Made by a program: the position numbers and the translations under genes. The notes under the pieces are model-generated. The model did no database searches. It saw only the letters and a list, made by a program, of their open reading frames with translations, and was not told the origin of the DNA. A DNA stretch of 60,069 nucleotides, filler included, from Basidiobolus ranarum (taxonomy: Eukaryota): assembly GCA_040143965.1 (NCBI GenBank). It is 13 parts of 13 records of this genome, joined end to end, with 100 filler letters (N's around TTAATTAATTAA, not from the genome) between each part and the next. Parts side by side here need not be neighbours in the genome. Positions count along the whole stretch, not along the records: positions 50,936 to 55,453 come from JASJQH010008808.1; positions 55,554 to 60,069 come from JASJQH010008809.1; 11 more parts are not named here. One strand, 5' to 3'. How positions within the stretch are numbered: position 1 is the stretch's first letter; every line of letters starts with the position of its first letter. Below are positions 50,836 through 60,069 of the stretch, one piece after another.

Positions 50836-51012
50836 NNNNNNNNNNNNNNNNNNNNNNNNNNNNNNNNNNNNNNNNNNNNTTAATTAATTAANNNNNNNNN
50901 NNNNNNNNNNNNNNNNNNNNNNNNNNNNNNNNNNNGCTTCTTTTTACCTAGTGACGCACCAATATACATTCCCGCTTCTTTCCTATTGATCTTAACCTTT
51001 CTACTTGATTAG

Positions 51013-52009
51013 ATCCGTAGATTCAGCCCAAAAGCGAGCCAACCACAATGCTTTGGAGAGGGCTCGACGTGAATCCTTGAACAATAAGTTTCAAGAATTG
51101 GCCAACGCTATACCTTCCCTTTCTCTCGTACGAAGACCATCGAAATCCATTATTGTTCAAAAATCCCTAGATTTTGTAGAGAGAACTAAGACGAATGCCG
51201 AATTGTATACTACTGAAGTGGAGAAACTTCAATCGGAAAATATGGAACTCCGACAAGAGGTAAACATGCTAAGAGAGAGACTGGGCTTACCACTGCTCTC
51301 ACCCAGACCGCAACCTGTCCCATTGCCTCCCATCATCGACGTTACTCAAGATGTAGATCACGGCAGTGAACAAACCTCAAGAAAGAGTTCTATATCAAGC
51401 CCCCCACCCAGGGATTGTAAAACGGGCACTTGTTATGAAGCATTCAAATCGGATCTTGAGGAGATGATCAGTACAGATGAGGAGAACGAATCCGAAGGGG
51501 CGACCATCACATCAAAAGGTATGTATGTTGGCTTGATACCGGCCAGTGTATGTCCCAGACTAATGCTGTAAAATAGCCTCCGAAGACAACCTAAACCAGA
51601 ACATTACCTTCTCGATGGACATACCGCAAAGTAACAGTATTAATCACTGTTCTATTGAAAATTACAATGGATTTGATTTTAGAGGTAAGGATCCACTCGA
51701 AATCACCATCACTTAAGGTACTATGAAGCTTTACTAACAAGACCAATTTACTTAGACGCGTCATTTGTACCTACCCCCAACGATTACACAAGAACCCTCT
51801 TTCTTCAAGATCAAAGTGGGACTCCATCCTACGCTAATTCCGACTTGGGTCTGGATTTATCGTCGGATGCCATTTCCAATATGGGGGAATTACATAGCAT
51901 GGGCCAATTTGAGGAACTTGCTTTAACATCGGAGGTAAATTATAATGGACTAGAAACGAATCTATCTCTTATGTCAAGCATGCCACAATATGAAAATGAT
52001 CAGAATTGA
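51013..52009 (+). CDS. bHLH-ZIP transcription factor (Max/Mlx-like); exons 51013-51518, 51577-51683, 51756-52009; 5' end missing
   Basis: KRANHNALERARRESLNNKFQELANAIPSL...PSKSIIVQKSLDFV followed by a leucine zipper; downstream exons join in frame through GT-AG introns. Confidence 0.88.
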
Positions 52010-53099
52010 CCGTGAATAATGTTCGGATAACTTTCAATTGCCATTTGTCCCAAGGATATGGTTAACATTCCTTTGGATAGCCTGACCAGTACTTGTAATA
52101 TATAAAGAATGATTTGAAAGCGTGCTTGAATCAGATCTCCCATTGGAGTTAATGACTTGTGAATATTCGATGTTTCTAAGTGCACATCTATCATTTGTTT
52201 ATGCTGGGTTGGGAGCAGAATGACTAGACTTGAATTAGATAAGGGTGCCATTTCAATGCGTCAAGGATGAAGCAGAGCAGGTATCTAGATGGGACCGAGA
52301 ATATGCCAAGTCGGCTACTGCTATCACCATAAGTGAGTATTGACTGTACCATCTTTGCTGTAAGGAAGTAAAAGATCTTTCATCGAGGTCAGTGAATAGA
52401 TCAATTAAATCTCGACTTAAACTGGGCCAATCCCCTTCGAATCAACCCAAGAATCGGGGAGGTCCAGAATAGGAGTGATGGAGGGTTCGATGGAGTAAAT
52501 ATTCACCTGTAACTGCACCAATTGTGTGACCCACTCATCTGTCCTACTGGATTCAAGCATCTCATTTGTGCGGATACTCTGTAGCCAAGTCCATTGGTGA
52601 AGTGAATAAAACAGTCAAAAATCCTCATCACTCCATTTCTCAGCAGTAAGCCAGCATCGTATGTCCCGGCGGTGGGTCTTTGAACGCTACCGGCCTTCTG
52701 TTGCTAAACCCCCTACACTTCTCTGCTGGATGGCCAGACTCAACTTCCTTTGAATGATGGTGTGACTAGCATTTCCAGGCTTGAAGGATCAAACGGGCAT
52801 CTTCGCAACATACATGAACACCAGATCTTGTTGAATTGCTAAAAAGAGTAGTGGATGAGATACAAGCGAAGGGGATCTGCCCCATATTCCATTCCGTGTT
52901 GCATCGTCATGTTACAGGCTCACTCTCAGACAATACGGAAAAATTTTGCTAAACAGTAGGGATGCTATCTTACTGACATCCTTGTGATAGCCAAATGTAA
53001 GTAATTCATGGGCAAGTCCAGGGAACATTAGTTGAACTCGGCCCAAAATTGGCACAAAAGGCTAATACTAGTTAGAATTGATTCTATTGTGAAACTTGG

Positions 53100-53870
53100 T
53101 CTCACAACAGTGAGAATCATGCATTGATTTAGCTCTGATTTCAGGGTCTTGATGAAGAGCCTAATGATTCTTCATACGTGTGGTCCTATTGTTGCGATAG
53201 TGTTAAGAAGAGATATTAATCGAGTAATTTGGGGTAAATACTCCGGCTTGCTTCATACCCTTGCAATCTAATGTGATCTGCTCCAATAGTGTTGATGGTG
53301 TAAATCGCGATGTATCCTCTAGACTGCATTTGCAACTGTTGAGGAATACCAAACCTGTTCGTTCCAAAAACCATGGATTCTATGATTTTATCAGCCAAAC
53401 TCGTCATCAGCAACACACAGCAGCGATATGCATGCTTAGAGTAAAATGAATCAAGAAACATGAATTTCCAGTCTAACTCTGATGAGTAGTGGACAGAATA
53501 TTCCGAAATTCTGTAGTGAACTATACCAGATTAAGTTCTCTTTCTCGCCTTCCATCATCAGTATTGTGCTATACTCAAGAGGGGTACACATCCTTGTCCT
53601 ATGCCTCCAGTCGAATCAGCTTCTTCTCTGGGAAACATTCGGACAAGCACAAGTAGTGCCGAAACTGGTTTTTGATACATCCTAACCGAGTCAACGAAGG
53701 GCAATTTACGGGCCAGACCCAATGAAAGTTGGAAATACAATCCAGTAATATTAGATAACCCTGGCTATACCAAGCTCTGATGATATCAACTGCATTTTAG
53801 TCTTACGTAGGGTTTTGCTATAGCAGCTAAGCCTAATACAGTTGGTAAAGTCATCTACTAGCAAGCCATA
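53100..53870 (-). pseudogene. Decayed non-LTR (LINE) reverse transcriptase
   Basis: In order on the minus strand: IAKPYVRL (cf. KAYDRV), KLPFVDSVRMY..TGGIGQGC (cf. GVRQGC, ~53588-53608) and LLCVADD (~53403-53423). Confidence 0.5.
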
Positions 53871-54585
53871 CCATGAGCGGTATTGTATTCCCACTTGATA
53901 TACAAAAAAGTAACATTTAAAAACCCAACGGTTTATTTAGCACTATTGCTATAATAAGTTCTATTTCACGTAGCTGATTTGTTATACATATGCCAGTATA
54001 GATATGTGGGAATATGTTATAGTAAAGTCAGTCGAAGCTATGGTTAGAAATGCGAATTTAGATACTGAATTCAATGTAACTATATATCCCAGATTAATTA
54101 TTCTCGATACTGTTGAAACATTGGAATCAACCACCACAATAGTCATATATTCTGTGTAGCATTCTTAATATTCATTCACCGATTTTTCGCCATCAATATG
54201 GCACCATCTATTGTTAAGAAACGATAGAGCTTTCAAAGTAGTCTAAAGCTCCCCTAACCTTCTCAACAACCTCCCTATAACTTTAGGATTGTAAATCAGT
54301 TACTATTATTTATCCTTTTCAATACAAATATAAATGCCTTTTTTTAGCTCGATACCCTCAGATATGCTGATCAAATTCTTTTTGGATGATCCTCAACATA
54401 ATTCATTCCAAATACTTACCGCAGGTTATGAGTCATGTGTAAACATATTGCGGGAAGTAAGATCTACTTTTACAGTTTGTTTACCAGGTAAAAAATCGGA
54501 TGCTCGAGACTTAGCTTTGAGCCGCATGTATCGTGGTTATCAGTATTCAGTATAAATATTGGACTTGTTCCCTGGGATAGTGTCA

Positions 54586-54736
54586 GATTGTGCTGTATAT
54601 ATCATATTGGAAAAAATATTCTGAAATTTATGCGGCACAATTTGCAACTATCCAGCACCCCCTGGCATGATCAATTTTAATCACCATTACTCTAATTGAG
54701 CCAAGGTCCAATAAATCCTGGCACAATGGAACAAGC
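54586..54736 (+). repeat. Dispersed repeat shared with 27813-27968
   Basis: Direct sequence similarity between the two segments. Confidence 0.75.
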
Positions 54737-55343
54737 CATTGAGCTTACCGAGAGTAGGACATGGGTGCTCAATACCTCAGTATGCTATTAATTCAAAAAT
54801 TCTAATACTTTTTTACATCTTTCAAACAACTGTACAGCTTTCAAAATGCTTATTCTTCAGTAAATTTTGATTTCTTCTTAACACAATATAAAATCACAAA
54901 AGAGTAGCAGAGAATTTACAAAATTTTGCATTTCTTTGTTTGGTATATATACAGAAGATACATATTGTGTATGCATAAATCTCATCTAAATTTGAATAAC
55001 CAAGCACACTGTGTGAATACATGCAATTCAGCTCATTGTATAAATTATGTACCATGGTGATGGCAAAGCTTAATCAATGTGCCTATTAATTGTAATGATC
55101 CATGACTGCCATTCTCATTGAAATTACTAAGGTATCAAGCCAACTGGCACATAAAGTTTGGCATACCTTCTTACTTAGCTACTAATTATACTTGGAGATT
55201 AAAATAACTCTCATGTTCATTCTTATAACAGATATAGTGAAAAAAATCAATTATCAAATTTCCCAACAATACATTAATTTCCTGAATAACTGCCCACTGT
55301 AGAGATTTCTACTACTAGTCAACTCAAGCACACTAAGGCATAT

Positions 55344-55453
55344 TGTTGGAGGATCTTGACATAATGGGGGTAGACTTTGAGTATTAGAAGCAACTTATGA
55401 TAGTGTGTTTTAGTTAGTTTATTCTTAAGAGTATATGGTGACTTATATAGTAG
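55344..55453 (-). mobile_element. Copia LTR family B, 3' end
   Basis: Reverse complement of ~28315-28423. Confidence 0.75.
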
Positions 55454-55996
55454 NNNNNNNNNNNNNNNNNNNNNNNNNNNNNNNNNNNNNNNNNNNNTTA
55501 ATTAATTAANNNNNNNNNNNNNNNNNNNNNNNNNNNNNNNNNNNNNNNNNNNNGTAACTAAAATAGTTTTTGCCGAGTCAAGGGATGGATAATCTAGTCA
55601 CATTACATGACGTATCCTAGCTCATACTTCTATAGCCGTAAAAATTAGCATATTGAAGTGTAGTGAAGGCATAACCCTAATTTCAAAGTAACTAGTATCA
55701 AACATCCCTACTCATAATTTCGCGTACACAAAATGAGTGATCGATATATCTTGATATACATGTGTTACTGAGTATTGAGATCAGGAAAGAAAAAAAAATA
55801 AGTTTTGTAATATTGCATCAGATCCATAGCAAGTAGTTTCAAGTTAGAAATATTTTACATGCATTCACTGAACTTAATATATAGGTATTCAATTAAATAA
55901 TGGATTCACTTTTTATTTACAGCTCTTGGTGATGCTCTTCCTCTTATATTATCGATATTAATCAAGGAATATTTAATCTTATATTATTGATATTAG

Positions 55997-57218
55997 TCAA
56001 GGCACACTTAAGATACGGGTGTACTCGGCTATTTGATGTGGTATAATTAAAGTTTCATTAAGTTTAGAGAGTCCTTTAATTGTATCTCTGAGTGGGTCTG
56101 ACACTGTTCCGATGTTACAATTTGGATCCTCTGCAAGTGCTATCCCGTTTACATCGTGACAGTACACGGCGAGCCCTTTCTCATTCAGGTATATTTCTTT
56201 AGGATTATGCATTGAATTTAGCTTCTTTGGATTACTTCCAACCACTGGGTCTTTGTAGTTTGTTACTCGAGCAATATTTACACTGGGAGAGCTGTCTTTA
56301 AAGGTGTTGTAGACTAAATAAGCAAAGTCTTTCGATCCAGAACGTGGAGCCCCATAAGTATGGAGGAATATGTTGGACCTTGGAATTAATGATTTAACCG
56401 ATGGAAGCTCAGAATTCAGCTTTGGGTTGATATATAGGCGCTTCAACTCCATAGCAGCAATAGTTGCCACTGCGCCACCCTTGGAATCTTGTTAGAGCCT
56501 ATTTACATGTTTGTAGATTAAAGTTAACTTACCATGGAATGACCAGCAATAATCAGCTTATAATCGTTTCCTTCTGATCCCAGCTTCAATGCTAGTTCCT
56601 CCAGTCGCCGAAACGCAACAGATTGAACTTTTTTAAAGGCTAATAGAAATCCTGAATGGACCTCAACCCCTCCAATTATCAAAGTCTCTCTAACAAGTTT
56701 TAGTTCTTTTAGCCAAGACTCTGGTAACTCAGGATACGGATATTCAACTTGTAGTCGTAGTACATCGGTCAGAACACTCATATCTGCATCGGTCCTAAAA
56801 TGTAGTTAATTTAACATGTTTTGAAATATCCATTTCTGAATACTAACCCTTTGAAAGCAAAAACCACCTCCTTGTGCAAATTGCTATATCCAATATATCC
56901 ATACAGACCATGTAGAGTAGACTTGAAATGAGAAGTAACTACAAGGTCTGCAGGCTTCTGAGGACAGCACGTATCAAAGTCGATGGGCCCAAGCTCAACT
57001 CGATCGTCTGGCCAACATTTATCTTCACTTAGCTTGGCACAGTAAGCTACGCTACTGTAGATAGAGTGGCGTGCTAATTCATCACGGAAAGATCGGTCAA
57101 TTTCCACATATTGGTTTCCCTGTATACTTCCAGTAGGTAGAGGTTGCACTAGTATTACTGAAACTGAAAAAACCACGAAAATGGGCACCCATCCTTTAGC
57201 CATCGAGAAGCAAGTCAT
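55997..57218 (-). CDS. Secreted class 3 lipase; introns 56795-56847 and 56480-56532
   Basis: Hydrophobic N-terminus, YSSVAYC, VVFAFKGT, VHSGF, IAGHSMGG (nucleophile motif split by an intron), TYGAPRSG, RVTNYKDPV and a C-terminal His. Confidence 0.9.
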
Positions 57219-57419
57219 ATCTCCCACTAAAGAATTGTCATTGTAGCTCCAAATTATATATATATCTTCCTGATGTTACACTAAATTTACAACAGAAGAG
57301 GTGAATATTAAAATCTTACCTACATATTATTACTAGATATCAAAGGGTTACTTGGTACTACCATGCTGCAGATGCTGCTTCATTAGATATCTTTCCAATA
57401 ATAGTTGCTCTGTCTCAGG

Positions 57420-57620
57420 AGCACCAATATATTACCTCTTTACTTTCACTAGAGTGCGCCAGATGTTGTTAAATCAGGTTACGAACATTAACCTGAAAGA
57501 TGATTTTGGCCATCACCCTACAGGATGGGCTGGTTTGATTGGTGAAGTTCATAATCTAATGGAATGTCAGATAAATTTACTTCTAAGACCACTATATCAA
57601 ATGATTTCTAACCGACAATG
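57420..57620 (+). pseudogene. Possible ankyrin-repeat remnant
   Basis: MLLNQVTNINLKDDFGHHPTGWAGLIG resembles LL..GA.IN..D..G.TPLH.A...G. Confidence 0.3.
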
Positions 57621-58541
57621 ATGAACATGAGGCAAATTACTCACCATATCATCCTTGAGATACAAAGAGGAAAAACCTCAATTCGGACTGCTGTTTAATG
57701 ATGAGAACTTGACATGTGGCGTTTTTGTAAACTTTTTTTTTGTAAACTGCTAGTGTTTGATTCAAATTTTCTCCGAATTGCAAGCTAACTAGATTACCAG
57801 GCAACAAACGTACCCTATGACAAGTAAAATTGTAAGCATATATATTACCCAGGCTATTGAAAGCAGATATAACATGATCGAATCTACCATAATAAATCAT
57901 ACAGAATCAATCATAAATCTAAGTATCATTTGCTCAAGTCGGGTCTAAACTAACTCAGCATAATAAATTCAATTGCGGAATACAAACAATGTATTCAACA
58001 GCCTAACAGTAAACCTGATTATGGGTAAACCCTAGACGATGTATCATTAGATGCTTTACAAATTAAAGCAGTTTACCCAGTATTATTCTAGTAGCAATCG
58101 AAAATCGAAAAAGCCTCTAATCATATACTCTGTCATTTTACTTCTTCAGAGTTACTCCAGTCAGACGCCTTTCATGCAGTTGCAGTTACTCATATACCTT
58201 CAAACCACGAGTGCACTCACATATATCTATTTGGTTATGTAAACACTCAGGTTTCACTACTGAGAAAAGTCCTCATCATCACATCCAGTCTTAAAATAGT
58301 CCAGACCAATAATAGAGAGATCTTTAATGGCAGGTATCAAGCTGGTCCTGGAGTTGAAACCGACTTTAAATTAGCAACATAAAGCAATTAAAAATACTCC
58401 TCAGATCATACTAGGGACCATACACTGTAAAATCAGCAATCTAAGAAGTGTGAGTATTCAACCTCCAATGTAAAATGTCAACAAACTATCTTACTAGCAA
58501 TAAGCAAAATTAATATATTGTCATTTATCTCCTTAAAAGAA

Positions 58542-58613
58542 TGCCTACTGCCGGGATTGAACTGGCGACCTTCAGTTTACGAGACTGACGCGCTACTACT
58601 GCGCTAAGCAGGC
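58542..58613 (-). tRNA. tRNA-Thr(CGT), variant copy, possibly a pseudogene
   Basis: Identical to 21167-21238 except D-loop GG changed to AG and a T-stem T-to-C change that creates an A-C mismatch. Confidence 0.8.
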
Positions 58614-59265
58614 TCCCTTCAAAATTCATCTACTTCAAATATCTCACCTGAGTGCGATATCTAAATTTTGATTTACGGTATTTTTATGGGAATGGACCCA
58701 GAGGGAAATGAGTTGCATTGCCGCGGAATTTGAGACTTTTGTATGGTGGTTTGTTCTGAATTTGGAACCTGAAGTAGAATAGTAAAAGTGTTCATGCGTG
58801 TTACTCAAAACCTAATCTAAGCAAGATTTTGATGTATCTGCATGTAGCAGATGAAAATAATATATGGACGGGTAAACCTTTAGTTGTTGATTGGATCAAA
58901 AACCTATGATTGTAACTTTTGATTAATAATAGTAGGAGATATGGTCAACGCATCGGCACAATTTCCCACAGACCAAATAAATGGTTACTGGTAGTTGGTT
59001 CCTAATTGTTGACTTTCCATCTAGAGCACTTAAGACAACTAAATAGTTGTCATGGCAGTGACTTGGCCGTAAGATACCTAATCACCGTGGCATGTGCACA
59101 CGATCCAAATATTCTATCAGCCACTGAGTACTACTTTATAAAGTCTAGTGTCAGAGATGGGAGGCCATACGATTTCTCCACAACTGAAGATAATTTGACT
59201 GAAAAAGTACAGAATCAGTTGAAAATTTGGATATCACAATGATGGCTACAAGCAATGAAAAAACA

Positions 59266-59337
59266 GGGCTCAACCGGGAATTGAACCCGGGACCTCCACG
59301 ACCCGAACGAGGAATCATACGACTAGACCATTGAGCC
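59266..59337 (-). tRNA. tRNA-Pro(CGG), variant
   Basis: Acceptor GGCTCAA/TTGAGCC, anticodon loop TTCGGGT, T-arm CCGGG-TTCAATT-CCCGG and a T-run terminator; D-loop has CG instead of GG and the anticodon stem has a U-U mismatch. Confidence 0.8.
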
Positions 59338-59898
59338 CTCACTGAAAACTTTTTGTGAAGTAAATAGAAATCATGAGTAAAGTATAATCTCAGCATGTAA
59401 CCAAGACTCAAGCGCTAAGATAACTTGGAAATTAGGAACTAGTAACAAGTCGGAATGCATGTACTCACAAGCACGTATAAATCTATATAATCGCAATATA
59501 ATAAAATAATTACGAAAAAACACTACGGGAAGAATATTCTTATACTACTACCTTGAATCTGCAAGATAACTCTCAAAGTTATTTATCTGTATACACTTCA
59601 AAGAACCATACTCTTTAATCATGTAACAAAAAAATCGACATTCAAATTTTGATTTGTAGAAATGAAAGAAAGTGTTGAACTTGAACTATCCATTGACTCA
59701 AGAAACTACCTCATCTTCAATTAGTAATCTAAATACAACGCTACTGATGGGTTTGATCAGAATATGACGATTGAACTAGGTTAAAATATGGTGGATGTCT
59801 TGGATAAAATAATGCCATTAAAAACGATTATGATAGCTAGAGCCGCATAAAGAAAGGAAACAAATAACTGGGCAAGAAACATCCTGTATATACCGTTG

Positions 59899-60069
59899 AT
59901 TCAATCAGCTATTCAAGAATAGTACATAATATTTAGTTGAGTCAGAGTCCAACAGGTTATTCAATCAGCTATTCAAGAATAGTACATAATATTTAGTTGA
60001 GTCAGAGTCCAACAGGTTATTCAATCAGCTATTCAAGAATAGTACATAATATTTAGTTGAGTCAGAGTC
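59899..60069. repeat. Perfect 60-bp tandem repeat, about 2.85 copies, running off the window end
   Basis: Unit ATTCAATCAGCTATTCAAGAATAGTACATAATATTTAGTTGAGTCAGAGTCCAACAGGTT is repeated without differences. Confidence 0.95.

Noticed and set aside
53990-54560. Moderately open frames on both strands (MWEYVIVKSVE..., MPFFSSIPSD...)
   Set aside because: No recognisable family; the IYPRL match to the helicase fossil is not followed by DEAH.
59899-60069. Possible CRISPR array
   Set aside because: The units are contiguous and identical with no unique spacers, and the context is eukaryotic with no cas genes.

Overview
This is eukaryotic, fungal-type DNA: AT-rich, mostly 50-110 nt GT-AG introns, and a gene content suggesting an early-diverging fungus (inference). 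It is not one locus. It is 13 small contigs of about 4.5 kb, sorted by decreasing length and joined by artificial 100-nt linkers (44 N + TTAATTAATTAA + 44 N), so nothing can be inferred across linkers. Gene-bearing contigs encode a HAL/Hrk1-type kinase, a PDR ABC transporter, Vps26, an Hsp70 5' end, pirin, Rpl23, Rpl27, Rpt1, a MIR-domain protein, TMEM170, an MgtE-type transporter with a 9-nt microexon, a Cdc25-type RasGEF, a bHLH-ZIP factor, a class-3 lipase and a small secreted Cys-rich protein. RNA genes are U1 snRNA, two tRNA-Thr(CGT) copies and tRNA-Pro(CGG). Contigs 2, 3, 7 and 9 are nests of decayed, CpG-depleted Ty1/copia and CACTA/EnSpm (Tnp2) elements. The most notable observations are: (i) a frameshifted fossil of a poxvirus D6/D11-like or yeast linear-plasmid-like DEAH helicase at ~16950-17467; (ii) a secreted peptide with perfectly mirror-symmetric CX3C spacing; (iii) a LINE-ORF1-like element ending in a hairpin plus telomeric (CCCTAA) tail; (iv) a fungal MgtE lacking CBS domains. 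All calls come from reading the sequence by eye; no searches were run.
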